The position numbers were made by a program, and so were the translations under genes. Source: an uncultured Acidobacteriota bacterium (lineage in GTDB: Bacteria; Acidobacteriota; Vicinamibacteria; Fen-336). Taken from it: a stretch of DNA of 64,000 bases. Shown here in pieces: positions 54,710-63,529 of the stretch (the first letter of the stretch is position 1; each line of letters starts with the position of its first letter). The stretch spans positions 77,704 to 141,703 of the forward strand of contig CAVSPR010000010.1 of assembly GCA_963729875.1 (NCBI GenBank), read 5' to 3'. The notes under the pieces are model-generated. The model saw only the letters and a program-made list of their open reading frames with translations, was not told the origin of the DNA and made no database searches.

Positions 54710-54795
54710 GAGTGACTCGGGGGCCGTCCCGTGGTCAGAATGGGCCCTCCAGCGGAGCCATGAGGCCGACGCGCGTGCGGGATCACCGACCGACG

Positions 54796-56901
54796 ATGGA
54801 CGTCAGGGGAGCCACCCCGTTGCACCCGGCGTGTGCGGCCTTCCTGCTCGTCTCGCTGGCCGGGCTCGCGTCGCCGGCCCTCCCCGCCGACCTCACCGGA
54901 AGCGCCCTGGTGGCGAACACCTCGACCACTGCCGGCGCCTTCAAGAGCGACCTCCTCGAGCAGCAGTACACGCTGGGCCTCTTCCAGCCGCTGACGCCCT
55001 ACCTCACGGTGCGCGTCGGCTACCAGTACTTCGACCTCGGGACCACGTTCCAGGGCGGCACCTCCTTCACCCGCAGCACGTCGCAGCCCCTGGTCGAGCT
55101 CCTCTACAACCGCGAGGAGCTGTCGGCGCGCGTGGCGGCCTACCAGCTCTCGGTCGACAGCTCGGCCGCGGCGGAGAGCCTGGACCGGCGGTCGCTCGCC
55201 GCCAACCTGAGCTGGAAGTCCTCGTTCGGGCCCGGGTTCAGCGTGGACTTCCGGGACGAGCGCAACGTCGCCGACGTCTCCGCGTTCGGACGGGACGTGA
55301 ACACGCGGCTCCTGGACCTCACGGCCTTCTACAACCGCCGGCACTGGTCCGCCAGCTACACCTACGAGACCCTCACCGTCGACAACCAGTCGAACGCCTT
55401 CCGGAGCGATCAGGACCGGCACGAGGCCCGCCTGAGCGCGCAGCGTTCGTTCTGGGCCGATCGTCTCTCGGTGGGGCTGTCCGGGCAGGCCAGCCTCCTC
55501 GGCCGCACGACAGGGATCGGCGAGGAGGCGGAGCTCGCCGAGCCCGTTCCCGCCGCCGCCGGCCTCTTCGCCGTCGACGCCTCGCCGGAGATCGGCGAGC
55601 TCGTGAGCAGCCCTACTCTCGTCGACGGGGACGCCGTCACACCGGCCTCGCCTCCGGTCGAGATCGGGGGGGCGAGCACGTTCCGCAACGTCGGGGTCGA
55701 CCTGGGCGTGACCCGCCCGATCACCCGCCTGGAGATCGCGACGGACGTCGTCTCCGGCCCGTCCGTCGTCTGGCAGGTCTACCGCAGCCGGGACAACCTG
55801 TTCTGGGAGGCGGTCTCCGGGGCCACCTCGACCTTCGATTCGGGACTCCTGCGGTACCGCATCCTCTTCCCCCAGACCGAGGACCGGTTCTTCAAGGCCG
55901 TGAACGTCTCCGTCAATGCGGCGTCCGCGGTGCGCGTCACCGAGGTCCGGGCCCTGCTGGACCGGGCGGCGACGGCCTTCGCCGAGGACTCCGACGACAG
56001 CCTCTACCGGGGCGACGTGATCCTGGGCTTCAATCCCTCCCGGAGGGTGAGCATGGCCGTGGGCTTCGGGGCGAGCTCGGACGAGACGCTGGCCGCCGGC
56101 CTCGTGCGCCGCGACTACGAAGACGTGCACGCCCAGGCGCGCCTCTCGGTCATCCTCGCCCGGGACCTCGACCTCAACCTGGGGTACCGCTACAACGACT
56201 CCGCGAACCGGGCCGATCCGGTGCTGCTGCGGACCGTGAACCACTACAGCGCGAACCTGGTCTGGAAACCCCTCCCGACCGTGGACGCCGCCCTCACCGT
56301 CGGCCGCCGGGACGAGTCCGAGAAGGCGACTCTCCTGCAGTCACAGGACTCCGTCCGCCTCGGCGTGAGCTTTCAGCTCCTGGAGGACCTGCGCTACATG
56401 ACGAACTTCGACGTCTCGCGGCTCGCGGATCCCTTCGAGGGGCGCGACCGCAACAGCTGGACCTGGACCCACACCCTGGAGATGCGCCCCCTCCCGGCGT
56501 GGGACGTCTCCGGCAGCCTCACGCTCTCCCGCAACGAGACGTTCGCCGGCGAGCCCCTCCTCGACCGGACCCAGTACCAGCTCTGGACGACCTGGAACCC
56601 CACCTCGTACCTCTCGCTGAGCGGCAACTGGTGGTACACCGACGACGGCGGGCGGGGCTCCCTCAACCAGAGCTACAACCTCTCGTACGCGCCCGGGGAC
56701 CGGCTCACGGTCTCGGCCACGTACCAGGGGTACGAAGACGCCGGGGGCTTCCAGACGTCGACCGACAGCCTCAGCGCGACCTATCGCCTGTTCATGCAGT
56801 TCCTCCTCTTTGCTAACCTCTCGAGGTCGACGAGCGAGGGCACCCAGGGCGAGAGCACCCGGGTGTCCAACTTCCGAGCGGGCCTCCAGCTCGCCTTCTA
56901 G
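54796..56901 (+). CDS. Large outer-membrane beta-barrel protein with an internal discoidin (F5/8 type C)-like domain
   Basis: The start is uncertain (ATG 54796 gives a signal-like ..AAFLLVSLAGLASPALPA). Alternating beta-strand pattern (YLTVRVGYQYFDL, LSARVAAYQLSVD, WSASYTYETLTVD ...). The C-terminus ends ..NFRAGLQLAF. The central segment about 55560-55965 (FRNVGVDLGVTRPITRLEIA..VVWQVYRSRDNLFWEAV..) looks like a soluble jelly-roll domain. Confidence 0.6.
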   Translation: MDVRGATPLHPACAAFLLVSLAGLASPALPADLTGSALVANTSTTAGAFKSDLLEQQYTLGLFQPLTPYLTVRVGYQYFDLGTTFQGGTSFTRSTSQPLVELLYNREELSARVAAYQLSVDSSAAAESLDRRSLAANLSWKSSFGPGFSVDFRDERNVADVSAFGRDVNTRLLDLTAFYNRRHWSASYTYETLTVDNQSNAFRSDQDRHEARLSAQRSFWADRLSVGLSGQASLLGRTTGIGEEAELAEPVPAAAGLFAVDASPEIGELVSSPTLVDGDAVTPASPPVEIGGASTFRNVGVDLGVTRPITRLEIATDVVSGPSVVWQVYRSRDNLFWEAVSGATSTFDSGLLRYRILFPQTEDRFFKAVNVSVNAASAVRVTEVRALLDRAATAFAEDSDDSLYRGDVILGFNPSRRVSMAVGFGASSDETLAAGLVRRDYEDVHAQARLSVILARDLDLNLGYRYNDSANRADPVLLRTVNHYSANLVWKPLPTVDAALTVGRRDESEKATLLQSQDSVRLGVSFQLLEDLRYMTNFDVSRLADPFEGRDRNSWTWTHTLEMRPLPAWDVSGSLTLSRNETFAGEPLLDRTQYQLWTTWNPTSYLSLSGNWWYTDDGGRGSLNQSYNLSYAPGDRLTVSATYQGYEDAGGFQTSTDSLSATYRLFMQFLLFANLSRSTSEGTQGESTRVSNFRAGLQLAF

Positions 56902-56912
56902 GACGGTCAGAC

Positions 56913-57500
56913 ATGAGCCAATGCGCTTCCGTCGCCTCCCTCCTCCTCCCGGCCGCGCTGGGCCTCGGCGCCTGTGGCGGCACGATGAAGGCCACGCAGT
57001 TCACCAACCCGAAGTTCGACTTCGCCTTCGTCCAGAGGGTGGCGGTCCTGCCGTTCGACAACGAGAGCATCGACCGCCAGGCCGGCTCCCGGGCCACGCG
57101 CCTCGCGATCACCGAGCTTCTGGCCACCGGGGCGGTGGACGTGGTCGAGCCGGGCGAGGTGCAGGCCGCGCTCGTCAAAGTCGCCGGGGCCGTCTCCGGA
57201 CGCCCGGTCGCCCCGAGCACCGAGCAGATCCTCGCGCTGGGCAAGGCCCTGAACGTACAGGCGCTCCTCCTCGGTAGCGTCACCCAGTCGGAGAACCTGC
57301 GCTCGGGCGCCGTGCCCATCCCGGTGGTGACCGTCGACCTGCACCTCGTCGAGACCGAGACGGGCGCCACGGTCTGGGCCACGACCCACAGCGAGAAGGG
57401 GGGCAGCCTCGAGGCCCGTGTGCTCGGGACCGGCGGCGAGCCCATCGCGGAGACGACCCGCCGGTGCGTGCACGAGGCCCTCAAGACGCTGGTCAAGTAG
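56913..57500 (+). CDS. Lipoprotein with a TolB-N/LpoB/CsgG-like alpha-beta domain
   Basis: Lipobox LGLGAC. VAVLPFDNESIDRQAGSRATRLAITELLATGAVDVVEPGEV.. and ..ALLLGSVT.. resemble small OM-anchored scaffold lipoproteins. Confidence 0.6.
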   Translation: MSQCASVASLLLPAALGLGACGGTMKATQFTNPKFDFAFVQRVAVLPFDNESIDRQAGSRATRLAITELLATGAVDVVEPGEVQAALVKVAGAVSGRPVAPSTEQILALGKALNVQALLLGSVTQSENLRSGAVPIPVVTVDLHLVETETGATVWATTHSEKGGSLEARVLGTGGEPIAETTRRCVHEALKTLVK

Positions 57501-57510
57501 CGGGTCCCGC

Positions 57511-58590
57511 GTGAACCTCAGGTCAACTCTCGCCGCCGCTGCCGTCCTGCTGGCCGCTGCGTCGGCGGCCCCGGGGGGCGGCACGGCCGCCGCGGACGCG
57601 CGCGCGGTCGCGCTCTTCCCCGTGCAGGACCGGGCGGGCGACCCCGCGGCCGCCGCCGCGGTCGGCGAGGCGCTGCGGAGCGAGCTGGGCCGCCTCGGCC
57701 GTCTCGTCGGCCCGGGCGAGACGCGGGACGCGCTGCGCCGGCTGCGCATCCGGAACGGGGACCGCATCACCCCCCAGCTCCTGCGCCAGCTCGGCCGCGA
57801 GCTGGCGGCCGACTGGCTGGCCTCGGCCACGCTGCACGAGGCCGACCGGAGCCTGGTGCCCGGCCTGACCCTTTCGGTCCGGCTCTACTCGAGCGAGACC
57901 GGGGAGCTCGTCTTCTCGGGCTTCCGCGGGGAGAGCGGCCTCGATCGGCGGAAGCTGCTCGGGCTCGGGGTGATCGCCGGGATCGAGGATCTCACCCCCC
58001 TCGTGGCCCGCGATCTCCTGCGAGATCTCCCGCTCGTGGCAGACGGCGCGGGGGCCGCGCGCCCCCGCGAGCCGCGCCGGAGCCGGCTCGGCACCGTCGC
58101 CGTCGTCCCCTTCACCGGCTCGACCGCCTTTCAGCCCACGTTGAGCGCCGAGGCCGTCACCGAGGCCGTTCACGCCCGTCTCTTCGCCGACGGCGTTTCC
58201 GTGGTCTCGCCGAACCGCTTGTACGACGTCCTGCGCCGGCTCCAGGGCGGCCAGTGGGGCGGCGTCACCTCGCAGACACTTGCCGCCCTCGAGCGCACCG
58301 CGTCGGCCGACACGATCCTCACCGGCACGGTCGAGACCTGGGACCTCGGGGGCGGGGAAGCCGAGCCGGAACCGGAGGTCGCGGTCGCCCTTCGGCTGCT
58401 GGAGGCCTCGACCGGCCGCATACTGTGGACGGGCGCCTCGGAGCGCCGAGGCTGGGACGGCCAGGGCCTTTTCCGCCGCGGGCGCGTCCACTCCCGGGGA
58501 GCCCTGACCGCGCGAGTGATAGAGGACCTCGCCCGCCGTCTCGACCGGGACGGCATCGAGGTCGCTCCCCGAACCGAAGGACGACGATGA
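57511..58590 (+). CDS. Secreted protein with two copies of the same lipoprotein-like domain
   Basis: GTG start at 57511 with a signal peptide. The two halves each carry V(A/V)L/VPF..., ...TG.V..W pattern (AVALFPVQDRAGD.. and VAVVPFTGSTAF..ILTGTVETWD). The stop overlaps the next start (ATGA). Confidence 0.5.
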   Translation: MNLRSTLAAAAVLLAAASAAPGGGTAAADARAVALFPVQDRAGDPAAAAAVGEALRSELGRLGRLVGPGETRDALRRLRIRNGDRITPQLLRQLGRELAADWLASATLHEADRSLVPGLTLSVRLYSSETGELVFSGFRGESGLDRRKLLGLGVIAGIEDLTPLVARDLLRDLPLVADGAGAARPREPRRSRLGTVAVVPFTGSTAFQPTLSAEAVTEAVHARLFADGVSVVSPNRLYDVLRRLQGGQWGGVTSQTLAALERTASADTILTGTVETWDLGGGEAEPEPEVAVALRLLEASTGRILWTGASERRGWDGQGLFRRGRVHSRGALTARVIEDLARRLDRDGIEVAPRTEGRR

Positions 58591-60320
58591 CACCGAGATC
58601 CTTGCTCGCCGCCACGCTCCCGCTCCTGCTTGTCCTGGCTGGAGAGCCAGGGCTTGCCCTGGCCGCGCAAGCCCAACCGGCGTCCCCCGCGGCGCCGGAG
58701 CCCGGCGTCATCGCCCAGGTGAACGGGGAGCCCGTCTACCTGGAGGATCTCGAGAACCTGCTGGAGCAGAAGCACAGCGGCGCCGCGGAAGGCCGGCGGA
58801 GCCGGCCCGACCTGAACCAGCTGATGTTCCGGCTCGTCAACGACACGCTCCTGGCCCAGGAGGCCCGCGCGCTGGGGATGGACGAGGATGACCCCATCCC
58901 CTCCCGGCTGGCGGCCCGACGCGAGAGTCTCGCGACCGCCCGCCTCGAGAGCGAGGAGATCTGGAGCCGGGCCGAGGCCACCGACGAGGAGGTCCAGCAG
59001 GCCTTCGCCGAGCAGTACCGCAGGATCACGTTCCGGATCCTCACGGTCCGCGAGCGGCCGAAGGCCGAGGCCCTGCGCGGGCAGATCGAGAAGGGGGCCG
59101 ACATCGGCGCCCTCGCGAAGGAGATCTCGATGGACCCGTACGGGCCGAAGGGAGGCCTTGTCGAGAACCTCGCGAGGATCGACACCCCGAACGAGTTCGC
59201 GGCCGCCCTGTTCGCCCTCGAGCCCGGCGCCCTCGCGGGACCCCTGGTCACCCGCCTCGGCTACAGCGTCGCGCGGGTCGAGTCGCTCGCGCCCGCCGAC
59301 CCCGCGCGGCTGGAGAAGCTGAAGCCGTCGCTGCGGACCTTCGTGCGCTTCCGCAAGGCGGACGCCCTCCGTGCCGACCTCGGCGCGCGCCTGCGCGCCG
59401 CGCACAAGGTCTCGATCGACGAGTCGGTGCTCGCGGCGATCGTCCCCGAGCGGCTCCCCGACGGGAGGCTCATGCCGAAGGTCGAGAGCCGCGACGCCGT
59501 CGTCGCCCGCGTCGCCGAGCGCACGATCACCGCGGGAAAGCTCGGTCAGACCCTCGGCCGGCGGTGGGGAGGGGTGGCGAACGAGGAGGCCGCCCTCGCG
59601 GCGAAGCCCATCGTCCTCGATCGCCTGGTCGAGGGGGAGCTGATGGTGGCCGAGGCCCTGGCCCGCGGCTATGGGGACACGAAGGAGGCCAAACGCGCGC
59701 TGCACGCCGCCCAGACCCAGCTTCTCGCCCCGCGCTTCCTGAGCCAGGTGGTGGCCGCGGAGATCCGGGTCACGCCGGAGGAGACGGCCGCCTGGTACGA
59801 GCGGAACAAGGAGAGCTACCACCGGCCGCCGCGGCTGCACCTGCGCCAGATGACGGTGGCCACCGAGGCGGAGGCGCAGCGCCTCGCCGCCCTCGTGCGG
59901 CAGGGCGCGGACTTCGGCTGGCTCGCGCGCCAGCACTCGACGGACGGCTACAAGGAGAGCGGCGGAGACAAGGGCTGGGCCACCCCCAAGGGGACGGGCG
60001 AGGCTCTCGAGGCCGCCCTCTTCGACGCGAAGCCGGGGGACGTGCTCGGGCCCCACCCCGCTCCGGAGGGCTTCACCGTCGTGCGGGTCGAGGCCCGGGA
60101 AGAGCAGGGGATCTACGACTACGGCGAGGTCTCGGGGAACGTGCGCAAGGTCCTCGAGGACCAGAAGCGCCAGCAGGCGATCGACGCGGTGATCCAGAAG
60201 CTGCGGGGGCGATCGAAGATCGAGGTGTACGACGACCGGGTCGCGGCGCTGGCGATCAGCGTGGCCCCGGCCGCCGAGGCGGCGCCGTCCCACGTCGCGC
60301 CGCCGAGACCCGAGCCCTAG
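58587..60320 (+). CDS. SurA/PpiD-like periplasmic chaperone with two parvulin PPIase domains
   Basis: Signal peptide and an N-terminal SurA-like helical region (IAQVNGEPVYLEDLENLL). Two parvulin blocks (ADIGALAKEISMDPYGPKGGLV...GYSVARVES and ADFGWLARQHSTDGYKESGGDKGW...GFTVVRVEA). Confidence 0.8.
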   Translation: MTPRSLLAATLPLLLVLAGEPGLALAAQAQPASPAAPEPGVIAQVNGEPVYLEDLENLLEQKHSGAAEGRRSRPDLNQLMFRLVNDTLLAQEARALGMDEDDPIPSRLAARRESLATARLESEEIWSRAEATDEEVQQAFAEQYRRITFRILTVRERPKAEALRGQIEKGADIGALAKEISMDPYGPKGGLVENLARIDTPNEFAAALFALEPGALAGPLVTRLGYSVARVESLAPADPARLEKLKPSLRTFVRFRKADALRADLGARLRAAHKVSIDESVLAAIVPERLPDGRLMPKVESRDAVVARVAERTITAGKLGQTLGRRWGGVANEEAALAAKPIVLDRLVEGELMVAEALARGYGDTKEAKRALHAAQTQLLAPRFLSQVVAAEIRVTPEETAAWYERNKESYHRPPRLHLRQMTVATEAEAQRLAALVRQGADFGWLARQHSTDGYKESGGDKGWATPKGTGEALEAALFDAKPGDVLGPHPAPEGFTVVRVEAREEQGIYDYGEVSGNVRKVLEDQKRQQAIDAVIQKLRGRSKIEVYDDRVAALAISVAPAAEAAPSHVAPPRPEP

Positions 60321-60336
60321 GAGAGCGTCGCGAACC

Positions 60337-62280
60337 ATGAGAGCGATCATGCGGAGACCATCGAGGATCGGCCTGGCGGCGGCGCTCGCTGCCGTGGGCC
60401 TCGGCGCCGGCGTCGCCCACGGCCAGCTGAAGAAGGGGGCGCGCTTCGAGAAAGGCGGCTCCTGCGTCGAGTGCCACGCCGACGTGGGCAAGGCGCGCAA
60501 GGTGCCGCACGCCCCCATGGCCCAGGGCGACTGCACGGTCTGCCACAAGCCCCACGGCCTGGTCGGCGCCCTGCGACTGCAGTCGGAGGAGCCGAAGCTG
60601 TGCCTCGGCTGCCACCAGGCGGCGGCGCTCGGGCTCGAGGCGGCGCACCGCCACCCCGAGGTGGACAAGTGCTCTCGGTGCCACGACCCGCACGGCTCCG
60701 ACCACGCGAAGATCCTGAGGACCGCCGCGCGTGAGCTCTGCACGAGCTGCCACAAGGACGGCGGGTTCGGGGGGAAGGTCGTCCACGCCCCGGTGGGCGA
60801 GGGCTGCCTCACCTGCCACCGGCCGCACGGGTCGGCCGAGGCCTCTCTCCTCGCCCAGCCCGGTGAGACCCTCTGCACCTCCTGCCACGACGGGTCGAAC
60901 GGTTTCGCCGCGGCCCACGGGGGCTTTTCGGTGGCTGGAGCGAAGTGCGCGTCCTGCCACCCGCCCCACTCCGCGGCCAGCGACCACCTGCTCCGGGCCT
61001 CGGTGCACCCTGCCCTCGAGTGCGGCACCTGCCACGAGCAGGCAACGCGCACGGCCGCCCCGGCCGCCGGCGCCGGCGTGTGCTTGAACTGCCACGAGAA
61101 GCCCGAGGCCGGCAAGGGCAGCCTGCACCCGCCGGCCGCCGAGGGGGACTGCCTGACCTGCCACGACCCCCACACGAGCGACTTTGCCCCGGTGCTGGTC
61201 GGCGCCCAATCGACCCTGTGCGTCGGCTGCCACGACGACGTGGGGAAAGCGCTCGCGGGCAGCCATCCCCACAAGGCCGCCTCGGAGTGCACGGACTGCC
61301 ACAAGGGGCACCGCTCCGACCGCCCGAACCTGCTGAAGGCCGACGGCCGAGCCCTCTGCGTAGGCTGCCATGAGGACCCGGCGAAGAAAGCGGGCGCCGC
61401 CCTCGTTCACGCCCCGGCCGCCGGCGAGTGCACGGCGTGCCACGCGCCTCACGGGACGGGTCGCAAGGCCCTGCTCACCGCCGCCCAGGGCGACCTCTGC
61501 GGGGCCTGTCACTCCGACGTCGGGGCCCGCTCGGGCCTGCCCGTCCTCCACGCCCCGGTGACCCAGGGCGAGTGCGCCGCCTGCCACGAGCCCCACGCGG
61601 GGCCCGCGAAGCTCCTCCGGGCCACGGGCCGGGCGCTCTGCATCCGCTGCCACGATGGGATGCTCAAGGGGACCGACGGCCTCCCGCAGCACGAGCCCTT
61701 CAAGGCGGGCGACTGCGACACCTGCCACCCGCCCCACGCGTCGGAGACGCCGAAGCTCCTCAAGGCCCCGGAGGGCACCCTCTGCCGGGGCTGCCACGAC
61801 GTCCCGGACGCGGCGCCGGCCGGGGGGTCCCTGCACGCGGTCGCCCGCGACCGCTGCACAGGGTGCCACCAGCCCCACGCGAGCGCCACGGCCCACTTCC
61901 TGATGGCCCCGGCGCGGCCCCTCTGCGTCACCTGCCACAAGGAGATCGGCGAGCGGCTCGAGAAAGAGACGGTGCACCCGCCGGCCGGGCAGGACGACGG
62001 CTGTCTGGGCTGCCACCGCCCGCACACCGCAGCCGAGCCCCACCTGCTGCAGGCGTCCGTGTCGAAGACCTGCCTGGGCTGTCACGACGGCACGACACCA
62101 AAGTTCGCGGAGAAGCACCTCGGCTTCCCGCCCGAGGGAATGAACTGCGGGGAGTGCCACGACCCGCACGCTTCACGCGTGGCGGGGATGCTCCTGCCCG
62201 AGACGCACCCGCCGTTCGTCGGGGGGGACTGCACCACGTGCCACACGGGGCCCCGTCCGAAGCAGGAGGGTGCGCGATGA
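60337..62280 (+). CDS. 26-haem periplasmic c-type cytochrome built from about 13 tandem dihaem (paired CXXCH) modules
   Basis: Signal peptide ..GAGVAHG. I counted 26 CXXCH motifs, alternating CxxCH(D/E/K/Q) and CxxCH(P/K/G)PH types about every 24 aa. Confidence 0.9.
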   Translation: MRAIMRRPSRIGLAAALAAVGLGAGVAHGQLKKGARFEKGGSCVECHADVGKARKVPHAPMAQGDCTVCHKPHGLVGALRLQSEEPKLCLGCHQAAALGLEAAHRHPEVDKCSRCHDPHGSDHAKILRTAARELCTSCHKDGGFGGKVVHAPVGEGCLTCHRPHGSAEASLLAQPGETLCTSCHDGSNGFAAAHGGFSVAGAKCASCHPPHSAASDHLLRASVHPALECGTCHEQATRTAAPAAGAGVCLNCHEKPEAGKGSLHPPAAEGDCLTCHDPHTSDFAPVLVGAQSTLCVGCHDDVGKALAGSHPHKAASECTDCHKGHRSDRPNLLKADGRALCVGCHEDPAKKAGAALVHAPAAGECTACHAPHGTGRKALLTAAQGDLCGACHSDVGARSGLPVLHAPVTQGECAACHEPHAGPAKLLRATGRALCIRCHDGMLKGTDGLPQHEPFKAGDCDTCHPPHASETPKLLKAPEGTLCRGCHDVPDAAPAGGSLHAVARDRCTGCHQPHASATAHFLMAPARPLCVTCHKEIGERLEKETVHPPAGQDDGCLGCHRPHTAAEPHLLQASVSKTCLGCHDGTTPKFAEKHLGFPPEGMNCGECHDPHASRVAGMLLPETHPPFVGGDCTTCHTGPRPKQEGAR

Positions 62281-63527
62281 GAGCCAACGGGAGAACCCTC
62301 GCGCTCACGCTCGCTGGGGTGGTCGGCCTCTTCGGTGCCGCCCCCGCCGCGGAGGCCCAGCACACGGCCGGGAGCCAGGTCGACCAGAAGGCCGTCTGCC
62401 TGTCCTGCCACGACCTCGAAGACCTGAAGGCGAAGGTCACCCACGCACCGGCGGCAGCGGGGGAGTGCAGCGCCTGCCACAACCCCCACGTCGCGCGTTT
62501 CAAGAAGCTGCTCCGCGATCGCCCCGCGCCCCTGTGTGCCCGCTGCCACGAGTCGGTGCAGGCCCAGCTGGCGCGCAAGACCGTGCACCGGCCGGTCGCC
62601 GACGGCAAGTGCGCCTCCTGCCACCGGCCGCACGGCAGCCCGAACGAGGGCCTGCTGGTCGCCCCGAGCCGGGACCTCTGCGCCACGTGCCACGCCGACG
62701 TGACGGACTGGAAGGGGCGGAAGGTCCAGCACGCCCCCTTCGCCCAGGGGCGCTGCGCCACGTGCCACGACCCGCACGCGAGCGACGCCCCGGGGCTGCT
62801 CACCCGGGGTGGGGCCGGCCTCTGCGGCAGCTGCCACAAGGTCGATGCCACCCTGCGCGCGCGGCACAAGGGCTACCCGGTCGAGAAGGCGGCCTGCCAG
62901 CAGTGCCACGACCCCCACGCCTCGGCCCGCCCGGGGCTCTTCCGCGAGTCGCTCCACGCCCCATTCGAGAGCGGCGACTGCACCACCTGCCACCGCGGGC
63001 CGGGGGCGGCCGACCCCTTCGCCACCCTCAAGCCCGTCAACGCCCTCTGCGCCGACTGCCACGGCGACGTGGTCGAGGCGTCGCACAAGACGGCCTTCCC
63101 CCACGTGACCGGCGGGGGCTGCACGGCGTGCCACAACCCGCACACCGGCGACGGTCGCGCGCTGCTCCGCAAGCCGCCGCAGGCCCTGTGCACGACGTGC
63201 CACGACCCCGGTGGCTCGAAGTCCGGGGAGAAGGGGCGCCACGCGACCCACGCCGGCTTCGAGTGCACGAAGTGCCATGCGGGCCACGGGGGCCAGCAGC
63301 CGCTGTTCTTCGTCTCGGACTCGATCGAGCTGTGCGCGGGCTGCCACAAGCACGAGCACGGCGTCAGCCACCCGGTCGGCGAGAAGAGCCGCGACCCGAG
63401 GACCGGGGAGCCCATGACGTGCCGCTCCTGTCACGGGATCCACCGCGCCGACGGCGAGAAGTATCTCTTCGAGGCCGACCAGAGGACGCTGTGCCTCGGC
63501 TGCCACAAGGACCTGCGAGGACGCTAA
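62277..63527 (+). CDS. 16-haem c-type cytochrome (paired CXXCH modules)
   Basis: The ATG overlaps the upstream stop (ATGA). Signal peptide ..AAPAAEAQ. I counted 16 CXXCH motifs. Confidence 0.9.
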   Translation: MRANGRTLALTLAGVVGLFGAAPAAEAQHTAGSQVDQKAVCLSCHDLEDLKAKVTHAPAAAGECSACHNPHVARFKKLLRDRPAPLCARCHESVQAQLARKTVHRPVADGKCASCHRPHGSPNEGLLVAPSRDLCATCHADVTDWKGRKVQHAPFAQGRCATCHDPHASDAPGLLTRGGAGLCGSCHKVDATLRARHKGYPVEKAACQQCHDPHASARPGLFRESLHAPFESGDCTTCHRGPGAADPFATLKPVNALCADCHGDVVEASHKTAFPHVTGGGCTACHNPHTGDGRALLRKPPQALCTTCHDPGGSKSGEKGRHATHAGFECTKCHAGHGGQQPLFFVSDSIELCAGCHKHEHGVSHPVGEKSRDPRTGEPMTCRSCHGIHRADGEKYLFEADQRTLCLGCHKDLRGR

Positions 63528-63529
63528 CG

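Noticed and set aside
54460-62169. Long minus-strand ORFs 54460-56244, 58170-61304 and 60256-62169 across the cytochrome locus
   Set aside because: They are antisense shadows. The plus-strand frames carry signal peptides, CXXCH arrays and parvulin domains.
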